A DNA stretch of 37,119 bases from Candidatus Methylomirabilia bacterium (GTDB taxonomy: Bacteria > Methylomirabilota > Methylomirabilia > Rokubacteriales > CSP1-6). Positions within the stretch are counted from its first letter, which is position 1. Every line of letters starts with the position of its first letter. Below the pieces are notes generated by a model, which was given only the letters and a program-made list of their open reading frames with translations, was not told the origin of the DNA and searched no databases. Made by a program: the position numbers and the translations under genes. Shown piece by piece: positions 18,580 through 26,787 of the stretch. The DNA is taken from positions 1 through 37,119 of the forward strand of contig JBGPXN010000029.1 in the NCBI GenBank assembly GCA_041492755.1, written 5' to 3'.

Positions 18580-20682
18580 ATGGCGACCCCGACCGTGGTG
18601 CCCGTGGGCTCGCAGCGGCGCGACCTGCTGCTCGGATTCGGCGTGCTCGCCGTCCTCGCGGTGCTGCTGATGCCGCTGCCGCCGATCCTGCTCGACTTCC
18701 TGCTGACCACGAACCTCACGATTTCGCTCCTGATCCTGCTCGTCGCCATGTACATCCGGCGGCCGCTCGAGCTCTCGGTCTTCCCGTCGCTGCTGCTGGT
18801 CACGACCCTCTACCGGCTCTCGCTCAACGTCGCGGCCACCCGGCTCATCCTGCTCCACGGCGGCGACGGCGCGGGGGCGGCCGGCCGCGTCATCCAGGGC
18901 TTCGGCCAGTTCGTGGTCGGCGGCAACATCGTGGTCGGGGTCGTCCTGTTCCTGATCCTGGTCATCATCCAGTTCGTCGTCATCACCAAGGGCGCCGGGC
19001 GCATCGCCGAGGTCGCGGCGCGCTTCATCCTCGACGCGATGCCCGGCAAGCAGATGTCGATCGACGCCGACCTCAATGCCGGGCTCATCGCCGATCACGA
19101 GGCGAAGGCGCGGCGCGAGCAGATCTCCCGCGAAGCCGACTTCTACGGCGCCATGGACGGCGCGTCCAAGTTCGTCCGCGGCGACGCGGTGGCCGGCCTC
19201 ATCATCACCGCCATCAACATCCTGGGCGGCCTCGCCATCGGCCTGCTCCAGGAGGGGATGGCGCTCACGGACGCCATCGCCACGTATACGGTCCTCACCG
19301 TCGGCGACGGCCTCGTGGCCCAGCTCCCGGCCCTCATCACGTCGACCGCGGCCGGCATCGTGGTCACCCGCGCCGCCGCCGAGTCCGACCTCAGCCACGA
19401 CCTCATCGCCCAGCTCACCGGGCGCGCGCGGCCGCTGGCCGTGGTCGCGGGCGTGCTCGGCGCGCTGAGCCTGCTGCCCGGACTGCCGATGATTCCGTTC
19501 CTGCTCCCGGCCGGCGTGCTCGGCGTGCTCGCGTATCGACTGACCACCAAGCGTCCCGCCCCCCCCGCCGAGAGCGCGGATGCGGCGCCGGGGGCGGCGC
19601 CCGCCGCGCCCGAGAAGATGGAGACGCTGCTCGCCATCGATCCGCTCCAGCTCGAGATCGGCTACGGGCTGCTCGCCCTCGTCGACACGGGCGCGGCCCG
19701 GGCGACCGGGAGCGGCGGCGATCTGCTCGAGCGCATCCGCGTGCTGCGCCGGCAGTTTGCCAGCGAGATGGGCTTCGTGGTTCCGCCCATCCGCGTCCGC
19801 GACAACCTCACGCTCGGCGGCAACCAGTACGCGGTGAGGCTACGCGGCGCCGAAGTGGCGCGCGGCGAGGTCTATCCCGATCGCCTGCTCGCCATGAACC
19901 CGGGCACCGCCAGCGAGGACGTCGACGGCCTCGAGGTGCGCGAGCCGACGTTCGGCCTGCCCGCGCGCTGGATCGCCAAGGCCCACAAGGACGTCGCGCT
20001 GGCCGCCGGCTACACGGTCGTCGATCCGAGCACGGTGATCGCCACGCACCTGAGCGAGACCATCCGGCGCTGCGCGCCCAAGCTGCTCGGCCGTCAGGAC
20101 GTCCAGGCGCTGCTCGAGCAGGTCAAGGAGACGGCGCCGGCGACGGTGGAAGGCCTGGTGCCGGCGCTGCTGCCGCTCGGCGTGGTGCATCGCGTGCTCC
20201 AGCGGTTGCTCGGCGAAGGCGTGTCCATCCGCGATCTACCGGTGATCCTCGAAGTCCTGGCCGACATCGCTCCCGCCAGCCGCGACGCCGGGCTGCTCGC
20301 CGAGCACGTGCGCGCCGCGCTGGCTGACACCGTATGCCGGCCGTACGCGGCGCCGGATGGCTCGCTCCGCGTCTTCCTGCTGGCACCGACCGCCGAGCAT
20401 CGGCTCAGCCAGGGCCTGGTGAAGACCGAGGGCGAAGAGCTCCTCGATCCGAGCCTCGGCCAGCCGCTCATCGAGGCGGTCGGGCGCGCGATGGAGGCGG
20501 CGGCGCCGATCGAGGCCAAGCCGGTGTTGCTCACGCCGTCGCCGTTGCGCCGGCACGTGCGCCGGTTGACGGAGCACACGCTGCCCCACCTGGCCGTGAT
20601 CTCGTACGCCGAGCTGCCGCCGCAGGCCAACGTCCGCTCGGTCGGAACCGTGGAGATGGGACTTGCACCTCAAGCGGTTTAA
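18580..20682 (+). CDS. flhA: Flagellar export protein FlhA
   Basis: FPSLLLVTTLYRLSLNVAATRLIL, DAMPGKQMSIDADL, FYGAMDGASKFVRGDA, VRDN, VISYAEL. Confidence 0.98.
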   Translation: MATPTVVPVGSQRRDLLLGFGVLAVLAVLLMPLPPILLDFLLTTNLTISLLILLVAMYIRRPLELSVFPSLLLVTTLYRLSLNVAATRLILLHGGDGAGAAGRVIQGFGQFVVGGNIVVGVVLFLILVIIQFVVITKGAGRIAEVAARFILDAMPGKQMSIDADLNAGLIADHEAKARREQISREADFYGAMDGASKFVRGDAVAGLIITAINILGGLAIGLLQEGMALTDAIATYTVLTVGDGLVAQLPALITSTAAGIVVTRAAAESDLSHDLIAQLTGRARPLAVVAGVLGALSLLPGLPMIPFLLPAGVLGVLAYRLTTKRPAPPAESADAAPGAAPAAPEKMETLLAIDPLQLEIGYGLLALVDTGAARATGSGGDLLERIRVLRRQFASEMGFVVPPIRVRDNLTLGGNQYAVRLRGAEVARGEVYPDRLLAMNPGTASEDVDGLEVREPTFGLPARWIAKAHKDVALAAGYTVVDPSTVIATHLSETIRRCAPKLLGRQDVQALLEQVKETAPATVEGLVPALLPLGVVHRVLQRLLGEGVSIRDLPVILEVLADIAPASRDAGLLAEHVRAALADTVCRPYAAPDGSLRVFLLAPTAEHRLSQGLVKTEGEELLDPSLGQPLIEAVGRAMEAAAPIEAKPVLLTPSPLRRHVRRLTEHTLPHLAVISYAELPPQANVRSVGTVEMGLAPQAV

Positions 20683-21850
20683 GGGCGAGCGGCTTCCGGA
20701 CGTCATGCGGCAGGTCCGCGACGAGCTCGGACCCGACGCCGTGATCCTCCAGACGCGCAAGAACGTCGGCAAGGGCATGCTGCGCTTCCTGGGTGGCACG
20801 GGCGTGGAAGTCCTCGCGGCCGTGGACCGCATCGCCCCCATCGACCGCGTGGGGGGCCCCGACATGGCCCCCCACACCCCCCAGACGCTCGGACACGCCC
20901 CGGGAAACCCGGGGCGCGCCTCGGATTCCACTGTTCGTGATCGGGGCCCCGACATGGGCCCTCACACCCCCCAGTACTCGGTGTCCGCGGGCGCCGCGGC
21001 GGCGGGGGCCGGCGGAGCCGAGATGGCCGAGCTGCGGCGGCTGCTCATCCGTCTGGGGGGTGGCCAGATGCTGACGCCCCCGGCGGCCGCGCTCTACGAG
21101 CGGCTCCTCGCCGCCGGTGTCGACGCCCCGCTGGCGTTCGACCTCGTCGAGGACCTGGGCGCCGGCGATCCGGGCGTGAGCCGCGGCGCGCTGGCCGAGC
21201 TGGTGGAAGAGCGGCTTGCCGACGTGCTGCAGACGGCCGGCGCGGCGCTCGGGCCGCGGACCGCCACCGTCGCGGTCGTCGGACCGACCGGCTCCGGCAA
21301 GACGACGATGCTGGCCAAGCTCGCGGCCCGATCGCGCGTGGCCGGCGGCACCACGAACGTCCTCGACCTCGACGGCACCGCGCTCGCGACGACCAACCGC
21401 CTGGCCGCCGTCGCCGGCATCCTGGGCGTGCCGTACACGCTCGCCACCAGCGCCGAGGACCTCGCGCGCGGGCTCGATCAGCCCGCGCTCCGCGGCCTGA
21501 CGCTCATCGATACGCCCGGACTGTCGCCGCGCGACGGCGAAGGACTCGCCGCGCTCGCGGCGCTCCTCGGCCGGGCCCGACCCAGCGAAGTCCACCTCGT
21601 GTTGTCCGCCACGTCCAAAGCCGACGACGCTCGCGCCGCCGTGACGGCGTTCGCGGCCGTCGGCGTCACGCACCTCGCGTTCACGCGGCTCGATGAGACC
21701 GCCAGCATCGGTTCGCTCGTGGGGGTTACCGCGAGCGCTGGCCTGCCGCTGTCGTACCTCGGCGTGGGCCAGGAGATTCCGAACGACATTCGTCCGGCGT
21801 CGGCGCGCGAGCTTGCACGCCGCGTCCTTCGGGGAGAGCGCACATCATGA
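20663..21850 (+). CDS. flhF: Flagellar SRP-family GTPase FlhF (divergent, contains repeat insertion)
   Basis: MHLKRFKG...VRDELGPDAVIL, GVEVLAAVD, G1 GPTGSGKTT, G3 IDTPG, G4 TRLDE, GQEIPNDI. Confidence 0.9.
   Translation: MHLKRFKGERLPDVMRQVRDELGPDAVILQTRKNVGKGMLRFLGGTGVEVLAAVDRIAPIDRVGGPDMAPHTPQTLGHAPGNPGRASDSTVRDRGPDMGPHTPQYSVSAGAAAAGAGGAEMAELRRLLIRLGGGQMLTPPAAALYERLLAAGVDAPLAFDLVEDLGAGDPGVSRGALAELVEERLADVLQTAGAALGPRTATVAVVGPTGSGKTTMLAKLAARSRVAGGTTNVLDLDGTALATTNRLAAVAGILGVPYTLATSAEDLARGLDQPALRGLTLIDTPGLSPRDGEGLAALAALLGRARPSEVHLVLSATSKADDARAAVTAFAAVGVTHLAFTRLDETASIGSLVGVTASAGLPLSYLGVGQEIPNDIRPASARELARRVLRGERTS
20850..20981 (+). repeat. Two tandem palindromic repeat units inside flhF, in frame
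   Basis: TGGGGGGCC-CCGACAT-GGCCCCCCA-CACCCCCCAG at 20850 and a degenerate copy 90 bp later; between them the hairpin CGCCCCGGG-AAA-CCCGGGGCG (20896-20916). Encodes GPDMAPHTPQ / GPDMGPHTPQ. Confidence 0.85.
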
Positions 21851-22701
21851 GCACCGAGCCGAACCTGCCCGACCGCCTGCCGCCTCTCGGCGACCGCCGG
21901 CGCACCATCGCCTTCACCAGCGGCAAGGGGGGCGTCGGCAAGTCGAGCATCGCCCTCAACACCGGCCTCATGCTCGCCCAGCGGGGCCGGCGCGTGGTCT
22001 TGCTGGACGGCGACCTCGGCCTGGCCAGCCTCAACGTGCTGCTCGGGCAGAGTCCACGTTACGACCTGCGCGACGTGATCGCCGGCGAGAAGCGGCTGCA
22101 CGACATCATGCTCCGCGGCCCGTACGACATCCAGATCATCCCCGCGGGCTCCGGCGTGGCCGAGCTGGCCAACCTCGGCGAAGAGGACCGCGAGGAGCTG
22201 CTCAATCAGCTCCGCGAGGTCGAAGAAGAGGTCGACTACCTGCTCATCGACACCGGCGCCGGCATCAGCGACACGGTGCTGAACCTGGTCATCTCCTCCG
22301 ACGAAGCGGTCGTGATCACGCGGCCGGAGCCGACGGCGCTCGCCGACGCCTACGCCCTCATCAAGGTCATCGTGCTGCATCAGCCGTCGTTCCCGTTCCA
22401 CATCCTCGTCAACATGGTGCGCGACCGGGAGCAGGCGCTGTCCGTCTACCGCTCGCTCTCGCAGATCCTCCTCAAGTTCCTCGGCTACCAGCCGGGCTAC
22501 GCGGGCTACGTGCTCAACGACCCTTGCGTCGCCCAGGCCGTGATCCAGCAGGTGCCGTTCTGCATGACGTGGCCGCGCGGGGCCGCGACCCGCTGCCTCG
22601 AGGTGCTGGCGAACACCCTGCTCGGGGCCGGGGTGGAGACGGCGCCGGAGACCGTCGGTTTCTGGGACCGCGTGGCCGGTTGGGGCCGCAACCAGGGATG
22701 A
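21847..22701 (+). CDS. flhG: MinD-like flagellar ATPase FlhG/FleN
   Basis: SGKGGVGKS, DGDLGLASL, IDTGAGIS, PEPTALADAYALIK, C-terminal amphipathic FWDRVAGW. Confidence 0.93.
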   Translation: MSTEPNLPDRLPPLGDRRRTIAFTSGKGGVGKSSIALNTGLMLAQRGRRVVLLDGDLGLASLNVLLGQSPRYDLRDVIAGEKRLHDIMLRGPYDIQIIPAGSGVAELANLGEEDREELLNQLREVEEEVDYLLIDTGAGISDTVLNLVISSDEAVVITRPEPTALADAYALIKVIVLHQPSFPFHILVNMVRDREQALSVYRSLSQILLKFLGYQPGYAGYVLNDPCVAQAVIQQVPFCMTWPRGAATRCLEVLANTLLGAGVETAPETVGFWDRVAGWGRNQG

Positions 22702-23495
22702 CCGTGGACGTCGAGCACTGGCGGACGTACCGCAACACGCGCAGCCCCGCGCTGCGCGAGCGGCTCGTGGAGGAGCACCTCTCGCTCGTCAAGTACATCG
22801 CCCTGCGGGTGGCCGGCCGCCTGCCCGGGCACCTCGGCGTGGACGATCTGTACTCGGCGGGGCTGCTCGGCTTCCTGGGCGCGATCGACGACTACGATCC
22901 CGACCGCGGGGTGGAGTTCGGGGCCTATGCGACCCCGCGTATCCGCGGCGCGATCTTCGACGAGCTGCGCCGGCTCGACGTGGTGCCGCGCCGCGTGCGT
23001 CGCCGGATTCGCGACGCCGAGCGCGCCATCGACACCCTGGCCCGTCGTCTCGGCCGCGGGCCGACGGACGAGGAAGTGGCGGCCGAGCTCGGCGTCGAGG
23101 TGGAGGCGTACCGCCGCATCCTCACCGAGGGCGTGACGCTGCTCGCTCTGGACGCGCCGCCGGCGCGGCAGGAAGAAGGCGCGTCGCCCATGGACGTGCT
23201 CGAGGACTCGTCGTCGCCCAACCCGTTCGCTATCGCGGCGGACCGGGAACGGGGCGCCATCCTGGGCCGCATGATCGACAAGCTGCCTCCCAAGGAACGG
23301 CAGGTACTCGCGCTCTACTACTACGAGGAGCTCACCATGCAGGAGGTCGGCAAGGTCCTGGGCGTCACCGAATCGCGTGTGTCTCAGCTCCACTCGAGCG
23401 CGGTCTTGCGCTTGCGCGTGGAGCTGCGGCGTCAACGGATGGACGCGGCCGACCTCGGCGTCACCGCCGGGCCCGTCGGGAAGGGCCGGCGATGA
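22698..23495 (+). CDS. fliA: Flagellar sigma factor FliA/WhiG (sigma28)
   Basis: DDLYSAGLLG, YATPRIRGAIFDELRRLD, LYYYEELTMQEVGKVLGVTESRVSQLH; the ATG overlaps the flhG stop. Confidence 0.95.
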   Translation: MTVDVEHWRTYRNTRSPALRERLVEEHLSLVKYIALRVAGRLPGHLGVDDLYSAGLLGFLGAIDDYDPDRGVEFGAYATPRIRGAIFDELRRLDVVPRRVRRRIRDAERAIDTLARRLGRGPTDEEVAAELGVEVEAYRRILTEGVTLLALDAPPARQEEGASPMDVLEDSSSPNPFAIAADRERGAILGRMIDKLPPKERQVLALYYYEELTMQEVGKVLGVTESRVSQLHSSAVLRLRVELRRQRMDAADLGVTAGPVGKGRR

Positions 23496-24106
23496 GGGGC
23501 CACCCGACGCTCGTGCGCGCATTCGTGGTGGTGGCGCTCGTGCTGCTCTCCGGCTGTGCCGGGCGCAACGGCGGCCCCGGACTGGGGCTGCCCAACGGCC
23601 GCGTGCTCGTGTTTCCGCGCGTGACCGAGGAGCAGAACCGGTCCGTGGCCGAATCCGCCGCCGATCTGCTCGCCGCCGCGCTGCGTGAATCCGGCGACGT
23701 GCTGACCGTCCGCCAGTTCCTCAACGAGGCCGCGGTGGTGACGCCCGACCTGTGGGCGCCGCTGCTGTTCGGGCGGCTGCAGCGCGGCGGCTGGATCAAT
23801 CCCGAGGAAGCCGCGCTGCTGCTCAACAAGTTCAACATCACCACGCTGGTGGGGACCGAGGTCACCACCTACGACCAGGTCTGGGCCAAGCACGCGAAGT
23901 TCACCCGGGTCAGCGTGGAAGCGCAGGCGTATTCGACGACGGCGGCGGTGGTGCTCTGGCGCTCCCGCGGGGAGAACGAGCTCGAGGACAAGCGGGGCCG
24001 GGCCTTCCAGCTCGCGATGGAGGACGCGATCGGCATGATTGCGGAGTCCGTCTCGCCGCGCTCGGGGTTCTCGATCGCTGGCATGTGGCGCTCGTGGCGG
24101 AGGTGA
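23492..24106 (+). CDS. Uncharacterised lipoprotein (possible CsgG/FlgO/PelC-like alpha/beta fold)
   Basis: Signal peptide with lipobox LLSGC; ATGA overlap with fliA; fold assignment is pattern-based only. Confidence 0.6.
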   Translation: MRGHPTLVRAFVVVALVLLSGCAGRNGGPGLGLPNGRVLVFPRVTEEQNRSVAESAADLLAAALRESGDVLTVRQFLNEAAVVTPDLWAPLLFGRLQRGGWINPEEAALLLNKFNITTLVGTEVTTYDQVWAKHAKFTRVSVEAQAYSTTAAVVLWRSRGENELEDKRGRAFQLAMEDAIGMIAESVSPRSGFSIAGMWRSWRR

Positions 24107-24109
24107 CTC

Positions 24110-24295
24110 ATGGACGATCTCACGGTGTCGCGACCGATTCCGTCCCCGGCCTCTGACGATCGTGGGCAGGCGCCCGCGCGCCGGCGCCCGCGGCCAAAAC
24201 CCAAGGGAACCGCGGCCGACGCGCCGGCTGAAACCGTGTCGCCCGCCGCAACCGAGGTGGGTGACGATCGACCACACGTCGACGTGTTGGCGTAG
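24110..24295 (+). CDS. Small hypothetical protein
   Basis: GGAGG RBS, 61 aa, fills the operon gap, ends HVDVLA. Confidence 0.55.
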   Translation: MDDLTVSRPIPSPASDDRGQAPARRRPRPKPKGTAADAPAETVSPAATEVGDDRPHVDVLA

Positions 24296-24315
24296 GAGAG
24301 ACGGGCATGATCGTT

Positions 24316-24339
24316 TTCGAGCGCCGGCTTTGCCGGCGC
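24316..24339 (+). repeat. REP-like hairpin, identical to 15620-15643
   Basis: TTCGAGCGCCGGCTTTGCCGGCGC, 24/24 identity. Confidence 0.9.
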
Positions 24340-24362
24340 ACCGGCGCGGAGGAGGAATCGTG

Positions 24363-24779
24363 ATGCTCGCGACCTTGATCGTGTGTCAGCTCGTGTTCGA
24401 CGTCGCGGCCGTGTTGCTGCTCGTCGCGCTCGTCCGCCGCGTGCGGCCGGCGCCGGCGCCCGAGGTCGCGCCCGAGCCGCCCGCGTGGTACCGCGAATTC
24501 CTCGCCCTCGCGCAGGATCTGCTCGTCGTGACCGAGCCGGTGCTCGACGCGCTCGATCGTCCGGGCCGTGCGCCCGCGCCGACGGCCCCCGCCGCGGCGC
24601 GCCCGGAGCCAGCGTCGGCGGGCGGCGACGATCGCTTCCGGCAGGCCTTCGCGCTGATGCGCGGCGGCGCCGCCGCGGAGGAGGTCGTTCGCCGCAGCCG
24701 GCTGCTGCCGGGTGAGGCCCGGCTCATCAAGAACCTCGTGGCCGCGGAAGCGGCCCTCGACGGACGGCCCGGCGGGTGA
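24363..24779 (+). CDS. Single-TM protein with C-terminal HTH-like domain (SwrB/DUF2802/DUF6115-like)
   Basis: GGAGGAGG RBS; N-terminal hydrophobic helix; C-terminal FRQAFALMRGGAAAEEVVRRSRLLPGEARLIKNL; lies just after fliA. Confidence 0.6.
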   Translation: MLATLIVCQLVFDVAAVLLLVALVRRVRPAPAPEVAPEPPAWYREFLALAQDLLVVTEPVLDALDRPGRAPAPTAPAAARPEPASAGGDDRFRQAFALMRGGAAAEEVVRRSRLLPGEARLIKNLVAAEAALDGRPGG

Positions 24780-25504
24780 CGACCCCGCGCAACGGCACCA
24801 CCCAGGGCCTGGACCCGTACAAGATCCTCCAGGTGGATCCGTCGGCCCATCCCGAGGTCGTGCGCGCGGCCTACCGGACGCTGCTGCGCTCGCTCGGCAA
24901 GCATCCGGACCTCGGCGGCAGCGACTCCGAAGCGCGCACGATCATCGAGGCGTACGAGATCCTCAGCAATCCCGAGCGCCGGCGCGCGTACGATCAGTGG
25001 CTCCGCGCCCACTCCGCCGCCGCCTCGCCGCCGGCGGATCCGGGACCGCCCTCGCCGCTGTCACCGGCCGTCGTGAACTGGATCCGTCTCACCCTCCCGG
25101 AGTTCCGCAACGCGCCCGGCGCCCCGTTCGCGCGGAGCTTCGACCTCGTGCTGGAAGGACCGCAGCCACTGGCGCCACGGGTGTACGTCAAGGGGTATCC
25201 GATCATCACGCGCGCGAACTGGCCGACGATCTTCGTGCTGTGCCGCGCCGTCGGCGTGGCCCGCCGCGCCGTGCTGCCGTCGACGGACGTCGTGCTGCTC
25301 GTGAGCTACCGCGTGCAAGACCTCCGCGTGTTCCTGGACGCGGCCATCGGGCAGTCGGCGCAGTGGGCGTGGAACCGCTCGGTGATCAGCGTGTGCACGC
25401 TGTCGCCCCTGATCGTCCACGCCGACCACATCACGTTTCCTCCGAGCGTTCTCCGCCGCCTCCGCGTCTGGGCCGAGCGCAATCCGCTGCTGGCCGAAGC
25501 CTGA
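24776..25504 (+). CDS. J-domain (DnaJ class C) protein with uncharacterised C-terminal domain
   Basis: DPYKILQV...AAYRTL...KHPD...IEAYEILSNPERRRAYD; GTGA overlap with the previous gene. Confidence 0.88.
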   Translation: MTTPRNGTTQGLDPYKILQVDPSAHPEVVRAAYRTLLRSLGKHPDLGGSDSEARTIIEAYEILSNPERRRAYDQWLRAHSAAASPPADPGPPSPLSPAVVNWIRLTLPEFRNAPGAPFARSFDLVLEGPQPLAPRVYVKGYPIITRANWPTIFVLCRAVGVARRAVLPSTDVVLLVSYRVQDLRVFLDAAIGQSAQWAWNRSVISVCTLSPLIVHADHITFPPSVLRRLRVWAERNPLLAEA

Positions 25505-25668
25505 GTGCGGTTGTCGCCGACGGTCGCCCGCGGGACCCCAGGCTGGGACGCCGGGACCCCCGGTGACGCCGAACTCCGAGCGCTCCACGACCTGGCCGAT
25601 CCTGGCACTGGTGCACGCGAATCTTGGTGGGCGGGCGGGGCTCCGGCGAGAATGCCGGAGGGGGAACG

Positions 25669-26166
25669 GTGAGTCTGGCAACGCAGATCGAGCGGTTGGC
25701 GCGGCTCGTCCCGGGCGTGGCGGGGTACGTCGACCGCGAGCGCGCCCGGGACACCGACAAGCGCGTGCGCCAACGGCTCGTCGCGGAGCTCGGCACGATC
25801 AAGCGCGCGCTCGATCCCCTCAACCGCGCGCTGGTGGACGCCAAGGACCTCGCGCCGCTGCCGGCGCTCGATCGGCTCGGGGGCAAGCTCGACAAGCTCG
25901 CCGCCACCATCGACTACGCCGGCCACGGCTATCACGGCCTGTTCGACGCCGTGACGGTGGGCCATCCCCAGCTCATGCGCCTGTACGCCTTCGACCTCCG
26001 GCTGTTCGACGACGTCCGGGCCCTGGCCGGACACGCCCGCAAAGTCGCCGAGGCCGTTTCCGATCGGCCCCGGCTGATGGACGCCATCGCCCGGATGGAG
26101 GCGGCCGTGGACCGTTTCGACGCCGCCTTCGCGGGCCGCCAGCGGCTGCTCGCACCGATCGGGTAG
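25669..26166 (+). CDS. Conserved-looking hypothetical helical protein
   Basis: GGAGGGGG RBS before GTG; LVPGVAGYVDRERARDTDKRVR, AGHGYHGLFDAV, LYAFD; typical codon usage. Confidence 0.75.
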   Translation: MSLATQIERLARLVPGVAGYVDRERARDTDKRVRQRLVAELGTIKRALDPLNRALVDAKDLAPLPALDRLGGKLDKLAATIDYAGHGYHGLFDAVTVGHPQLMRLYAFDLRLFDDVRALAGHARKVAEAVSDRPRLMDAIARMEAAVDRFDAAFAGRQRLLAPIG

Positions 26167-26184
26167 GGGCAGCGGAGGTTCTCC

Positions 26185-26397
26185 ATGTCCCAGGTCCTGG
26201 AAGTCACGCACTGTGGCCACCAGATGGTCGTCATCAAGAAGTGCGCCCGCTGCGGCAAGAACCTCACGGCGACCACGCGGTTCTGCCCGGCCTGCGGGCT
26301 GGACGTCAGCGCGCCCTTCCGCTGCCCGCATTGCCAGGCGGAGCTGCCGCCGGGAACGCGCTTCTGCACGAGCTGCGGCGAACGACTGCCCGCGTAA
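26185..26397 (+). CDS. Double zinc-ribbon (DZR) protein
   Basis: CARCG...FCPACG...CPHCQ...FCTSCG; GGAGG RBS. Confidence 0.85.
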   Translation: MSQVLEVTHCGHQMVVIKKCARCGKNLTATTRFCPACGLDVSAPFRCPHCQAELPPGTRFCTSCGERLPA

Positions 26398-26425
26398 GCC
26401 GATTCGTTCGAGGTGGGTGCGTGGC

Positions 26426-26649
26426 ATGAACGGCCTCGTCGTCGCCACCGAGTGTCCGACGTGCGGGGCGCCCCTCGATTTCCCCGAGGACACGAACGCG
26501 ATCCGCGCTTCACCGAAATCGGTCTCGGTCGGGAGCCGGAGCCCGGCTTCACGCGAGCGTCGCTGGCGTGGTTTCCCTTCCGGAACGAGCACCACACGTG
26601 GCGCGATCCGTTCACCGGGCTCGCGTTGCCGGAGGACCTGCTGGTGTGA
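26426..26649 (+). pseudogene. Zinc-ribbon protein remnant (N- and C-termini fused out of frame)
   Basis: MNGLVVATECPTCGAPLDFPEDTNAIR, then a frame switch near 26505 to FTEIGLG...WFPFRNEHHTWRDPFTGLALPEDLLV-stop. Confidence 0.55.
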
Positions 26650-26787
26650 GGGGGGCCGAGCTGTCCCTGTTTGGCGGGACACACCTGGCGGGCCCGGCGG
26701 CGGCGCCAGCGGGTGTTTGGGCGGACCGTGGCGGCAGCTTAGAATCGGCGTAGCCGTCGACGACCGAGACGGGGTGGGGAGGAACGG

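Noticed and set aside
17883..20327. 814-aa alternative-frame plus ORF (also 11109-12827, 34222-35250, 35506-36420)
   Set aside because: Arg/Pro/Gly-rich off-frame translations overlapping flhB/flhA, flgE and the GT-C-like gene.
2251..20682. Non-flagellar type III secretion injectisome
   Set aside because: Rod, hook, FliM, FlhF/G and FliA genes identify it as flagellar; no secretin or needle genes.
20850..20981. Possible CRISPR array
   Set aside because: Only two degenerate units, inside a CDS, with a hairpin as the spacer and no cas genes.
21693..22697. N-terminal extension making FliA 600 aa (likewise the long 5' extensions of fliP from 15117 and of the 24039 ORF)
   Set aside because: These overlap upstream genes in other frames; homology and RBS positions support the shorter starts.
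25603..25618. Second sigma54 promoter (TGGCACTGGTGCAC)
   Set aside because: GG-to-GC spacing is not 10 nt.
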